A stretch of DNA of 64,000 bases, taken from Octopus vulgaris (lineage: Eukaryota). Shown here in pieces: positions 40,126 through 53,494 of this stretch. The notes under the pieces were generated by a model that was not told the origin of the DNA, ran no database searches, and saw only the letters and a program-made list of their open reading frames with translations. Position 1 is the stretch's first letter, and the number at the start of each line of letters is the position of its first letter. The position numbers and the translations under genes are program-made. The DNA lies in contig OX597818.1 of assembly GCA_951406725.2 (NCBI GenBank), forward strand, positions 72,354,001 to 72,418,000, written 5' to 3'.

Positions 40126-41699
40126 GTGTTGAGTTATAAAAAAAAACAAAACACTTTAGCATTAAACTGAATAATTACTCAGTACATTTGGTAGAGCATA
40201 AATTTATTAATTTTTACAAGACTGTGACTTCGAATTTTCTGCCTGTTATTCTTTGTCGCGCTGTCAGAAATTGGATTCTTCGGTGAGCTTACACGACGGG
40301 CATAGAGATATTTCGTGAAGGAGAGAAATTCACAATCAAAGTTACACAATGTTATTTCTTCTCTGATGTCAGACTCTCTACTACATAGAGAGTGATACAA
40401 ATTTTCATTGTCAATAGATAGTTAGCTGCGTAATATAGGGATTGCGCTATGGATCACATTTTTGTTGAAATCTCGAATTCCTAATTATGACTAATTATGT
40501 TAATTAAAATTAGTTATAGTTCGACTAACGTAACCTACTAACAACTATTGCAAGTAATTTGTTTTCATTTACACGGCTGCGACTTATTCTTTGGTTAAGC
40601 GCCAGGAACCTCGGAATAAAGATGTTCCTGCTATGGCTACCTGCGGTATTGAAAGTGTTCTTCCAATCTTTTTAAAGATGTAAATTGGGTAATTCAGTTA
40701 CTATTTCATGTAGGTGGTGTGAAAACATCTGGGCTCTTTTCTCTTTTGTCTATTCCTAAGAGTAAATGGATGCATGAATTAACACGTCAAAAGTTAAAGT
40801 CTATTGATAACCGCGAGAGAAGTGAAAATAGGGACAAGGTAGGAACATCAGATATGTAAAGTCGTTCTAGACTGATTTAGTTTCCATTCAACTTTTGATA
40901 CAAACAACCATTTCACTTACCATTATTTGAATGTGGCATTAGAAAGTAAGCAGCACTGATGATTCTGGAAACGCAACGGGAAAACACACTATTAACTTCC
41001 GTTTCATTCACAATGGATACAAAGCCAATCAAGCAAAGTTGCTAAATGCTTAAAGACACGAAATCATAACCAAACGTGCCATTCTTTAATTTTTCCAATA
41101 CAAACAATTATATTTCAGATTTCTTGTTATTTACTTATTTTCATATTCAGACACCATAACTCCAAAAGAAATAATCAACATAGTGGACTATATTCTTCTA
41201 TGGTTTTAGTCCTTTGTTTCGTTATATTTATACCCTGACATCAATCCAGCTAAACTTTGAATTCCGTTTTGAAATGTCTATTATTTTCATGCGATTATTC
41301 ATACTATATTTAACAGCGTATTTCTTTCATTCTCTCTCTCTCTCTTCTTCTCAGCCTCTCTCTTTCTCTTCCCTTACCTAAGACTATCACCCTTTCTCCT
41401 TTCTCTTCGCCTCTTTTTTTCTCTTTGTCTCTTGTTTTTAGTAACCTATTCTGCCTCCAAATCATCAGAACATCTATCCATCCATACTTACATACATACA
41501 TTCGTACATACATAAATATGTATAACATGCGCATATGCAGGTTTGTGCGTACGTAATCATGTATGTATTTCAGTATGTTGGCGTGCATATATATATATAT
41601 ACAACTTATAAATAAGGGCAAAAGAAAAAAAAAATTTCGTATGTCAAATATGCCAAAATTAGACACATAGTCCATAACCATATAATTTATGGTTTTGAA

Positions 41700-44126
41700 C
41701 GAGTTTTAGCATCCAGTTATTAGATGTTTGAAGATATTTTGCCACTCAGTTGTGATGGTTTTGTGGGAGATTTCAAATTGGATCAGGTCTCTACCTCTTT
41801 GAGCTCTGGGTAGGTAAAAACTATCTGCGTCTCCCTTTGGGTGGTGCATCTTATTGCAAGTCAGCAGCTTTCGGATTTTCCTGTCAATCTTCCTTATTTC
41901 GCTTATATTCCAGTTCAACACAATGAAACTGTAAATAACAACCGGAACTGCTAAGAAGTGTATAGCTAACACCTTGTTACGTGCATTTAACTCGAATTTT
42001 AGGAAGTCTCGAACTCTCCTGTAATACTCCTTCCTGATCTCTTTCATACTTGCATGCTGAATGCCAGAGACCCCATTTATTCTGAGGTATTTGTAAGTTT
42101 GTTCCTGCTCGAGTTCTGTTATGACTGTGTCAGCATCCAACTCCACTGAAGGTGAGGTCTTCAGTTTCCATTTCTGGAAAGTGGCCTTGGAACATTTATC
42201 AAGCTCAAATTCCATCTCAATATCATGACAATGCTTTCACAGTACGTAGTATTCCTTCAAGCTTATTATTGTCTTGGCCATACTATTTTAAGTCATCCAT
42301 ATGAAATAGATGACTTATTTTCTTGTCACCAATTTTATATCCATAGCCTGTTCTGTCAAGTTCACTTGTAAGGGGTGACAGTGCTATGCGGAAAATTAAT
42401 AGTGAAAGTGAGTCACCTTGGAAAATGCCGCTATTGATATTAATATTGTTGAGTGGTCAGTACACAGTTAGAGTGGTATAGTTGGAGATTCGCATTCCAC
42501 ATTGACATGCTATGCTTCAAGAACTTTTAAATCACAGGAGAAATTTTGAAGATATCCAGCGATTTCAAAATCCATGAATGTAGTATGGTGTCGAAGGCAT
42601 TTTTATAATCAATCCATGCAGAACAGATATCTTCGTTTGTTATGACATTTCTCAGGGATCATACGATTGATTAAGAGTTGGTCTTTGCATCCATTTGAGC
42701 CTCGTCGGCACCCCTTTTGTTCAGTGGGGAACATATCATTTTGTTCTATAAATTTTCATGTTTTCTCCACGAGCATGGACGTTAAAATTTTATACGTGGT
42801 AGATAGAAATGTTATGGTCCGATAGTTTTGGGGAGATTTGGTTTCATTATTCTTTGGGGTAGATAAGTAATACCACTTGCTAACTAATCAGGTGTTTTCG
42901 TAGGATCTCTCATAATTTCATTGAATAACTGAACAACCTTTTCGTGTGCGCAGAGGAGTGAGGCGAGCCAGAAATTTGGCACACTATCAATGCCAGATTT
43001 CCACTTATAAGCTTTCGTGAGTGTCATTCTTAGGTCTGCTATTGTGATCTCTTCCCATGCTTGATCTGGTAAATTTTGGTAGGATCCTTCTGTGCGCCTA
43101 ATCCAGTCTGCATTTTTATTGTAAGTCTTTTCATCACTCTACATATTTTTCCAGAATATTTCTTGCATGACAGAGGGATCTTCAACGGTTATTTTCTCCT
43201 TCTCTATTTCTCTGTGGAATGTTTTCGCATTGGATGTGAACAGCTTATTTTACTTCTAAATTTGTTCCTTTTCTAAAATTTTTGTATTCTTTGAGTTTTA
43301 CTTGGATTTTTTGTTGCAGTGTTTCTTTTGCTGAAAGCAGTTCTTCACTTGATGAGAATCTATGTTTTCTCTTCATCTTTCTTCCTTTTCTGGTTTTTAC
43401 ATCGTTTCCACAGATTAGTTCATTCAATATTGATATTCCACCACTCTTTATTTCAATCTCTTTTCCAATGTTACTTTTCCAGTTCGGAATTCTTCTCAGG
43501 TTTGTATTTCTTTGTTTTTTCAGAGGAATACAACTGGTTTCAATTGTCTTAGCAACTGCGTAGATAATTTCATTTAATTCAGTGAGATTTGGTTTTAGCT
43601 CTTGTAAATTTCCTTTGTTAAATAGTTTTCAATTTTAAATTGTTTTCTATTTTGGATTATATATGAGAGCTTATGAAGTGGTTCTCTATCATGCATATTG
43701 GCGTGTCTTACAGTTATTCAGGATTTTCTACTTCAGTTCTGTCTTAGACTCTCTATGTTCTTTTGTAAATGTGTAGTCCTCCAATATTGTTTCTTTACCA
43801 CTTTCTTTATCAGGTTCATTACAATTAATTACTCCAGACGTTTGCGTGTTTTGGCCATGCGGCAGTCTTTCAATTGAGACTCGTAGAGAGTTGGTCTCTG
43901 TCTGGTTCTTCATTTCCTTTCTGTCTTACATTTAGGTCATTTTCCGTTGCGTGTTTGATCGGAGTTAGTTCCCTATATGTGAGTCTTTTATTCCTGAATA
44001 TATCCCTCCTAACCTTTGCTAACATATTTTCGGTAGTTGTTCTGTAACTAATGTCGACTCCACCATTAATACCGTTACAGATATTTAAACCTTGCACATC
44101 GTTAGTTACCACCAATAGTCATATTG

Positions 44127-44128
<2 letters not shown>
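41700..44128 (-). mobile_element. degenerate R4/Dong retrotransposon (N-terminus to RT thumb)
   Basis: Minus strand LAKVRRDI, EQKGCRRGSNGCKDQLLIN, WIDYKNAFD, FQGDSLS, MDDLK, and ORF 41706-42215 (ELNARNK...HHPK). 5' end abuts (TAA)n. Confidence 0.85.
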
Positions 44129-44175
<47 letters not shown>

Positions 44176-44272
44176 ATTATTATTATTATTATCATCATCA
44201 TCATCATTATCATCATCATTATCACCACCACCACCACCACCATCGTCATCATCATCATCATCATCATCATCA

Positions 44273-46598
44273 TATAATTGACTTTTGCTTTGTATTTTTG
44301 CAGAGACCACGAAGACAAGTTCACGGTGGTGTTATGCCTAGGGTGTCATATATTTGGTTTTGTACATAGTATTGTTCTAGAGACGGTTTAAGAAAATATA
44401 AGAAAATTGTAAGTTTGTTTTAAAAATTTGAGATTACATAGCAAGTATTTTGCGTAGGATATGAGCAGTTCCCGCGAGCACTATCTTTCGAATTTCTGCC
44501 ATTTTGGGGTTTCCTGGTATCTGAGTTAGGTAGCGATCAGCCCCTTTTGCTTTCATTCCCAGGGCACCTATGACAACAGGTATTGTTTTAGTCTTCAGGT
44601 CCCACATTTTGCTGATTTCTATTTTAAGATCTTTATATTTGCTCAGTTTTTGGTAGGTCTTAACAGATACATTTATACCGATTGGGACATATCAATGAGG
44701 TGTCATGATATTTGTCTGAAGTCTTTCAATATAATGTCTTGACTATTCGTATCTATCTTCCTGTCAGTCTGAATGGTGAAGTTCCAGAGGAGTGAGATGT
44801 GGTCATTTTCAAGACTGGAGGTGGTTTGTGTGCCCCCAGTCTTTATGATGGGGCAGGTCCAGGTTTTTGCAAATTACCCAATGAAAATATTGTGCTGCTC
44901 TATCATACCTGATGAGATACTCTGTAGGCGCATGAAGACTGCATATGGAGGCAACATGATCAATGGTTTCATTTTGTTGTTTGCATACACGATATGTTGG
45001 GCTACTACCGTTCTTTAAAATGTTGGCCTGGCAGTTTCTTGTAGGTAGGCATTGATCTTGGGCTGCTATGATAAACCCTTCTGTTTCTGATTTTAAGTCA
45101 GAAGACACTAACTATTGATGGGGAAGGGTTTTCTCAACATCGGCATTGTTAGCTCTCTTTGGGTATTTGGAAATGAGAGGTTTTTCTTGCCATTTATCAG
45201 TAAGAATATCTAAGGCAGCAGCTTTAGCACGGGATTTCAAACGCTTAGCTTTTTCTGTACTTGTTTCCAGTATGTCTAACTCTGTATTTGGAATTCAGTT
45301 AGATATACATTTGATTGTTTTGTTACTGAGTATGATGCCTTCCTGTCTTCATGTTTTGAGACAAGGTTTAACATCAGTCCTCAGAGTTTTTTTTTGTTAA
45401 TTGTATTTTCAAAGTTCCACGACCTCCGTCTTTTCTTGGCAGGTAAAGTTCTTCTATAACTGACTTAGGGTGGTGCATTCTATGAATTGTCAACAAATTT
45501 AAGCATTTTTCTGTCAGGATTACATATTTCAGTAATTGACCAGTAAATGATATTGAAACCGTAAGTCACGAATGGTATGGCTAAAGTATTGTTCGCTTCG
45601 ATTCTGTTTCTTGCAGTCAACTCTATCTTGAGTATTGTCATTACCCTGCGATAACAATCTCTTCTGATCCTTTCTCTCACCATTGAATTTATGATTCCGT
45701 CCCATTCAAATACCCCTAGTTATTTGTAGCTCTCCGCTGGTTTGGATGTTCTGTCATTTTTCCATTGATAAAGGTAGCTTATGTACATTTATCGAGGCCA
45801 AATTGCATACTGATGTCATCACTGAATTGTTTAATAATAGCTAGTAAGCCCTGTAGTCGTTGGTCAGTCTTTGCAAAGTGCTTTAAATCATGTAAATGAG
45901 ATGATTTATTTTTTATCAAATATATAATAACCTTATTATACATTATTGAGCAATTTCGAGAGAAGTATTAAAGCTAGACAAAAGAGGAATGGAGATAGAG
46001 AATCAACCTGGAAAATGCCACATGAAATTCCAACATCTCCGGCAGCATTAAGAGATTCATTGTCACTGTTCAAAATCAGTGTGGTTCTTCATGATCTCAT
46101 ACTTACAGACAAGAAGTTTTGCAAAGTAGGTGCAATTTTATACATTTCCAGACATCTTAATCCAGCAATGTGGTAGACTATCACAAGCTCTTTTATAGTT
46201 AAGGGTATGTAACCTTTTGGTTCATCTGTTTCTTTATTTGTTTGGGAGTAGCAATGTTACACCATTAACTGACCAAGAGGGAATCATATTAGGTTGTTGC
46301 AAAACATCGTTGTAAAGATTTCTTAGCATTTTCTGGTTCTTTGTGAAGCCGTTCAACAAGAAGTCAGGAATTTTATAGATATTCTATCAATCCAAGGGAC
46401 CTTTTTATCGTGTGTTTTTACTCCTGGTCAAATTATATTCCAAAATTCCTGCACTTCTTGTTTTGAAGGGACAGACTTTACTGTAACTGATATTTTCCCT
46501 ATCTTCCTGTAAAAAGATTTTGGGTTATTTTTTAACATGTTGTTGTCCTTGAAGAATCTAACGCGCTTGTCATACTTGCTATGCGGGCAGCTTTAGTT
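44273..46598 (-). mobile_element. 5'-truncated, internally deleted R4/Dong copy of the same family as 20652-24832
   Basis: ORF 44809-45108 (LKSETEGFIIAAQDQCLPTRN) nearly matches 23891-24166. 3' end aaagcaaaagtcaa is shared; the 5' breakpoint matches ~22011. Confidence 0.9.
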
Positions 46599-46599
46599 C

Positions 46600-46601
46600 A
46601 T

Positions 46602-46632
<31 letters not shown>

Positions 46633-46716
46633 CCATCACCATCACCATCACCACCACCACCACCATCATCATCATCATCGCCGTCGTCGTCGCCGTCGTC
46701 GTCGTTGTCGTCGTCG

Positions 46717-46774
<58 letters not shown>

Positions 46775-46806
46775 TATCATCATCATTATCATTATTATTA
46801 TCATTG

Positions 46807-46842
<36 letters not shown>

Positions 46843-46982
46843 ATATTATTATTATTATCATTATCATTATTATTATTATTATCATTATTATCATTATTAT
46901 TATTATTATTATCATTATTATTATTATTATTATTATCATTATTATTATTATCATTATCATTATCATCATTATTATCATTATT

Positions 46983-47020
<38 letters not shown>

Positions 47021-47148
47021 GATTATTATTATTACTATTATTATTATCATCATTATTATCATTATCATTATTATTATTATCATTATTATCATTATTATTA
47101 TTATTGTTATTATTATTATTATGATTATTATTATTATTATGATTATTA

Positions 47149-47181
<33 letters not shown>
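46600..47181. repeat. ~580-bp compound trinucleotide tract (CAT/CAC/CGT/TAT)n
   Basis: Seen directly; explains ORFs 46581-47288. Confidence 0.97.
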
Positions 47182-47182
<1 letters not shown>

Positions 47183-47778
47183 TGAGTGAGAGAGCAGTGC
47201 ATGCCATCAAAGTGACACTGGGGTAAAATATACGAAGCCCAGTATACCCATCATGACTACCCGTCAGATAAGGATACACTAGACACATGCATCACAACCA
47301 TATGTGCGCGACATGGTGATCTCATATCAAGATAAACAGCGCATGACCTTGTAGGTAGGGCCCGGTTAGAATTTTCTTCAGGTCGAGTAGCCCATCCTAC
47401 TCAAAAGGTCCCTGAATAGGTGTTGTTTAAGGATATTGAATGAAACATCCATGTTTCCAGAGGTGAATTATTCAAACTCCAAAGAATCCCTCTAAACACA
47501 TGGTTATGAAGCTCCTCCACTACTTCTGCTCGTGATCAGAGATGCACATATCGTCAGCCACTGAGGGACATGCTCAACTGGTTATGGTCAAACAACTGAC
47601 AAGCAAATCTGTGGTATTGAGCAGAATATTTGCTGTAGTCCATCTTTTATACCAAGACAAAACAATGTACATGATAACACTTCCAATCAGTTAAGATCAG
47701 AAGCCATGAGAGCCACTGCCTTGTACTGCATCAGGGCATTTTATACTGCATCAGGGCATTTGGAACTGCATCAGGGCA

Positions 47779-47782
<4 letters not shown>
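47182..47782 (-). mobile_element. ~540-bp element, full-length copy 3 with triplicated 5' terminus
   Basis: Reverse complement of 24906-25434; actgcatcagggcattt occurs three times at ~47725-47782; (TTA)n on both sides. Confidence 0.88.
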
Positions 47783-47839
<57 letters not shown>

Positions 47840-47842
<3 letters not shown>

Positions 47843-49557
47843 TTTGCACAGCTTCTAACGATGGAAATGTACTACAGCGTCAGCTGTTGACTATCATTGA
47901 ACTAAGGTAACATATCTTATTTTTCGAGAACCTTCCGGAGTATTCGGGCGGGTTCAAGTAGTGCCGTTTTCTGCAAGTGCTCCATCCTTATTGCAGCCCC
48001 TATTTCTTCCATGTTCTTCTCGAGATTTTTACTCACTGTTTACAGGTCTCCTACAATTATTGGTACCACTACCACATTTTTCGTCGACCACAGCTGCTTT
48101 ACCTCCCAAGCTAACCTGTCATACTTATCGGCTTATATTTCTTCCTTATCGCGTAACTAGTTGTCAGCTGGGCATGCTACATGTATGATCCAGCATAGTT
48201 AGTTTCCTTTCTCAATTAAGACTATGTCTGGCTTCCTATTCTCTATCTCATGGTCGCACTGAATTATAAAATCCCACAGGATCTTTGCATTATCATTTTC
48301 GATGATGCCTTCGGGTTTGTGGTCGTACTAATTTTTCTCTTTGTCAAGTCGATACTTGTTGCAATGTGTCCCAGTGACAAGCCTTGCTATATTGTCGTGA
48401 CGTCTCTTATATTCCTTCTGGGCTCATGGCGTACATTGGCTGGTAATATGCCATACAGTTTCACAATTTGTACACAGATTCTGCACTTATCACTTTCATG
48501 ATGTGTTGTCCGCTCTGTATTTTATGTAGTGTGTTGTCATTGCTTGCTCTTGGGCAGCACAGATTAGAGACTATTTCTGGCTTTAAATCACTTTTAGTCA
48601 CCCACTGCCATCTTTTTTCTCTGACTGTCTTATCTTCAACATTCCCATGAAATTGTCGTCGCATTCTTTTGTTTACCCATCTATATTCAGCTTCATTTGT
48701 TTTCAATTTCTTGTATAGTGCTTTATCTTTGGACTCTTTCATCCTACACAAGCCTGACCTTCTTAATTCTAATAATAGCGCTTCTGTGGCATGTTTTACA
48801 TAACATACTATGTTGTTTTTATTCTGCTCTAATGCTGTGTTCGCATCGAGTAAGTCCTCTAGCCCCTTTTGCTTGGTACATATAGTCTGTCTGTGTCACC
48901 TTTTGGGTGGAGTGTCTCATATCTAGTTAGAAACTTTCTTGTCTTTCTAAGCTGTTTAGTTCGTCTACTGTCCAGGCGTTTACCCCTGCTCCATATCTAA
49001 GGAATGAAACCGCCCAAGTGTTGATAGATTCGATCGTATTACGTCCGTTTAATTTCGACTTAAGGATCAGTCTCAGTCTGTGCAAGTACTCCACTTTAGA
49101 TTTTTCTGTCATTTCTTTCTCCATCAATTTATCCATTTCCAAAATCCCCAAGTACTTATAGCCCTTCTCTTCTATCTGCTTCATAACCTCCCCCGACGGT
49201 ATCGATAGCCCGTCCATACATTTCATTTTGCCTCTCTTCAAGAGGTCATATTTTCTTAGTCCGAACTCCATTCTGATATCAGCACTGAAGTTATACTCCG
49301 TATCAACGAAGTAACTGACTTAGGCTTCATCTTTACCATAAAGTTTGAGACCATCCATGAATAACAAATGGATGACTTTTTGTTGGCGGCTTTTGAACAC
49401 ATACCCAGCTTTTGCTTTTCTCAGTATCAGTGTTAGCGGTATCAAGCACAGTACAAATATCAATGGGGGCAGGCAGTCCCCTTGGAAGATGCTCGTCCTG
49501 ATGTCTGCTGTCCCTAAAAGTCTTCTGTCTTCTGTCATGTCAGTCCTCCAATCGCTC
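47840..49557 (-). mobile_element. degenerate R4/Dong retrotransposon, 3' half (a further family)
   Basis: IFQGDCLPPLIF, HLLFMDGLKLY, MEFGLRK, KSKLNGRN, WQWVTKSDLKPE, C-terminal LQKTALLEPARILRKVLEK*. Ends in (TAA)n on the sense strand. Confidence 0.88.
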
Positions 49558-49614
<57 letters not shown>

Positions 49615-49630
49615 TATTATTATTATTATT

Positions 49631-49914
49631 CACTAGTTTTATTTTTATAGCATACTTTCACTTCACTACCGAGCGCAGCTCTGTGTGCCTTGGGTATGTG
49701 CTGTGATTTGTTGTGATGCTCTGATGGCTATTGTATGGAAAGCGTTCTCGTAGGATGTGTGCAGTGCCTAGCAATGCAATTTTCTGTATGTTATATGTGT
49801 TTGTAAGTCCTGGTGTTTTTGTTATGTATTTGTCTGAATATTTTTTATCATGCCTAATGCACCTACTATGATAGGAATTGTTTCTGTTTTTAGATTCCAC
49901 ATTCTGGTTACCTC

Positions 49915-49917
<3 letters not shown>
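49631..49917 (-). mobile_element. R4/Dong 3'-end fragment
   Basis: PGLTNTYNIQKIALLGTAHILR plus 3' UTR; (TAA)n on both sides of the sense strand. Confidence 0.82.
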
Positions 49918-49956
<39 letters not shown>

Positions 49957-49958
49957 CA

Positions 49959-50022
<64 letters not shown>

Positions 50023-50209
50023 CAGTTCAATAGTCTTTATCCGAGTTGATATTATGGGAAGCTGTAGTATAAAAAATATAATTTATATTATATTTGTTCT
50101 TATTTTTTTCTGCTCAGAAGTTGAGGAATTGTTAAACTTGTACAATTATTTTTATGTTTGCATCTACTTAAGTCGTGATTATTCAGGTAATTGTTGTTAT
50201 AGGTTATAT

Positions 50210-50875
50210 TTGCGGGAGGCCTTCTTCCCTCGTGTTTACTTCCTGGAACTCCACTTCGTTGTCTAATTTTTCCACAGCAAAATCTCTATCAGTTGATGGA
50301 TAAAGAGATATTACGTTCATAATACCTACCAAACAACTGTTGAGGTCGTTTGATGTGATACACTCACTGACTCTACCAAGGAGGTCTTCAGCGCTCACTC
50401 AGATACCGGTTACATCTTAATGAGCAGTCGCATTATTTGCGAGAGTTTTTTCCCCACCGAGTCCGAACGAGGAAAGCTAACTACCATCAAAACTGACAGC
50501 GAAGAAGAATGCCACAGTATACTAGAGTTGCTGGACTATACTCACCCAAGATCCAGAGGACAACAATCAGGTGAGAAGAAAGTTTCACATATATTAGGCG
50601 CTAGTGTAATAGTCGTTTTGAAGAAGCACATAATCAAGTAAACTAAGGAATTGTATATGCAGGTTCAAGGAACAGTCATCAGTGCCGGTGTGGCTGGTGA
50701 CATGGCTAGCCTCTTCGTGACCACGTGGGTCAAAAAACTTAGGTAAGGATGAACACTCTATATTTGTAATACTATGCTGTAGGTTTGTAGATGATATCAA
50801 TATTCCAGTTAGGACAATCCCATATGGTCGTACCGAAGAAGGCGACTGAAGTACGATGAAGAGCATCCAACGCAT
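50210..50875. mobile_element. Penelope-like RT fragment with inverted 5' segment
   Basis: Minus 50400-50210: SAEDLL...LVGIMNVISLYPSTD (DVxSLYPS motif). Plus 50420-50830: LYMQVQGTVISAGVAGDMASLFVTTW and RFVDDINI. Confidence 0.6.
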
Positions 50876-51500
50876 AATTAACTACATTCACCAGTGTATC
50901 ATGGTAACTTCAACAGTCAGTGTATCTAGGTAAACCTAGCAAAAGACCCCCGCCTGTCCTTGATACCGAACTTATGTTTAGAGACTGCAAAGAAATCTAG
51001 AAGAGTTGCTGCTTAGTTTTTAGTCCAGCGCAGGAACGTTTCTGCTAGCTCACCGCTGAAGTGAAAGTGATTTGATTTCACAGTATATTTGATTTCGCTT
51101 TGAATGTGCCGTTCAATTGTTCCTATCTGTCCAGAAGCTACATTGGAATGATTTGATTAGCTGTTTTTTGAACTACGTTGCACAAATATTACTCTAGACA
51201 TCTTCATAAATAGGCAGCTTTCATCAGCCGCGGTTACCTTCCAGTCAAATCACGGTATTTTTCGGAAAGAGCCGTTTGGTATCTACTTATATCCAAGTCA
51301 TATTCCACGGTCCTTTTCATGAGACAGGGAAGCACTTTGTCTCCTTGAACCATTAAAAGATATTTTTAATTCAAAGGTTCGTTAATGTTTGTTTTCCCCT
51401 ATTCTGCATTTGCATGAGTGCCATTCTTTCTACACAGAATTCTTTCTCTTTCTCCCCTTCTCTCTCTCTCTACACACACACATATATGAATATATATACG

Positions 51501-51540
<40 letters not shown>

Positions 51541-51865
51541 TATATGTCTGCTTATTTATGTATGTGTTTATATACATATATGTATAGATACAGATAAACA
51601 GGTAGCTGCAAAGAAAGAAATATATAGAAATATACATTTACACGTAAGATTTCATTGAAAGCACAAATGGTCTTATTTTTAGACCGGCAATCTGAGACGT
51701 AAAAGATGGATTTACTATATGAGAACATTTCAGCTTGCAATAAAAATTGTTATTTCATTCGAGCTAGTTTGACATAAGAATCATCTATCTTTTCTTTCAA
51801 ACACATGCACACCACCAATTCGCACACACATACATACACACACACACATACACACATAAACATGA

Positions 51866-51914
<49 letters not shown>

Positions 51915-52004
51915 TATATGCATATACGTATATATAAAAATGAAAAGAAAATGGAGATATACAATTGTCAAATCAAAAATTAAAATTTATTAACACTATT
52001 ATAT

Positions 52005-52110
52005 TCTGTTCTACTCTAAGCGCCAGACCCAAAATTTTGGGGGAGGGTGACAGTCGATTAGATCGACCCTAATACGCAACTGGTACTTAATTTATCGACC
52101 CTGAAAAAAT
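52005..52110 (-). mobile_element. SINE family B 3' fragment
   Basis: gtcgattagatcgaccc...caactggtacttaatttatcgaccc. Confidence 0.7.
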
Positions 52111-52455
52111 GACTAAGCATTAATATTATATTATAACCATATAATCTCTATATATATATATAATCCTTTGTCCCTTTGTCTGTTCCCAATGCATTTTCAG
52201 ACCAAATCAAATCAAATTTCACATGGTAATACTATCAGACCCCGTGAGTATCAACATGAAAATTCTTTTAGATTAAAACAATGTAATATCGGCATTGGTT
52301 CCGTATTTCGTGTCAATGCTCGAAGAATAAAAGTGAAAGAATGATATCCATGCTGTAATGTGATATATTGTTTCACTTTTATAATTTTACTTTTAATTCT
52401 AACCACGACGACGACGTCACAGTTTGTATATGACTGTGAATGTATGTGTGTGAGT

Positions 52456-53490
52456 CAGGTTTGCTAATTTAGCATATTTTATGCTAGATCTAGCATTTTT
52501 TCAGCATTTAGCACAAATTTTTTTGAATCTAGCATTTAGCAGGAAAAATAGCAGGTTTAAAATTTTATTTAGCCTTTTTTAGCATTTTTCTCTGATCATG
52601 AAATTTCTGCAATCGCTATCCTTTTTTCTTCTTTTTCCTCCTTTTCTCCTTTCATTAATGTATCTTATAGCCAAATTTTAGTACTATCGGCTATTGTTGA
52701 ATTTTTCTTTCACTTTCTTGAAAATTCAAATGAAAGTTTATCAAGTTATGAGCTTTTCCAGCCACCCCCGCCCCACCGGTTTGGATACAGAGAAATGCTG
52801 GTGGGAGAGGGGGAGAAGATGACTCATATCAACACCTGAACTCACTACACAATAATGTAAATATGTTGCAAAGAATGAAAGCATGGAAATGCGTCCTAAC
52901 AATGCTTTAGTCTGTAGTGTTGTACAAAATGTGCAAATATTGTGAGAAATGTTCTACTCCATATTTTGATGGAGATTTGATTTCTGCTATAGGAGATAGA
53001 AAATTTAGCCTGTTATTAGGTGAATCCAATGCAATATCGATAAACATGTTGTTAGGAATTGTTATATATTATAGTGACACAAAAATGTGGTACATACATA
53101 TCTCAGTATGGTATCTTTAGAAACATGTGATGCAAATGGCATTGTAGAAGCCTTACAAATTGAAATAGTGAGAAAGAAATCAGATATAAAATAATTTACT
53201 GGCTATAGGAACTGACAACGATAGAGTAATGATAGGAGTCAACAATGGTGTTTTCCCAGAAATTAAAAGAAGTTCCATCATTACTTCTATTTAGATATGT
53301 ATGTCATTCTTTACAGTTGGCGTTATCCCACACTTGTGCTGAATTCTTCTCCATAAATTCTTGAATTTTTAGTATCCGAAACCTATCAATAGTCCTCGCA
53401 CTCTTCAACAAGATAAAGTGCCTACAAACAACTTTACCTTGCTCTCCATGATAAAGAGCGTTTGAAGAACGTGAATTCTTGTACAACTAG
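52456..53490 (+). mobile_element. hAT-superfamily DNA transposon remnant
   Basis: Terminal caggtttgc with subterminal tttagca repeats. Transposase motifs KFSLLLGESN (cf. FSLLLDES), LLAIGTDNDRVMIGVNNGV and YVCHSLQLA (CxxH). Confidence 0.75.
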
Positions 53491-53494
53491 GTAA

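Noticed and set aside
41610-41695. Short similarity to 55700-55785
   Set aside because: A diverged dispersed-repeat fragment with nothing further to support a call.
47680-47745. HDV-like ribozyme at the 5' end of the 540-bp element
   Set aside because: Helices can be drawn in roughly HDV order, but P1 and P3 are mismatched, P2 is only 4 bp, and the conserved L3 and J4/2 nucleotides are absent.
50950-51350. Possible tyrosine-recombinase (DIRS) remnant, AETFLRWTK on the minus strand
   Set aside because: One weak motif with no catalytic residues found.
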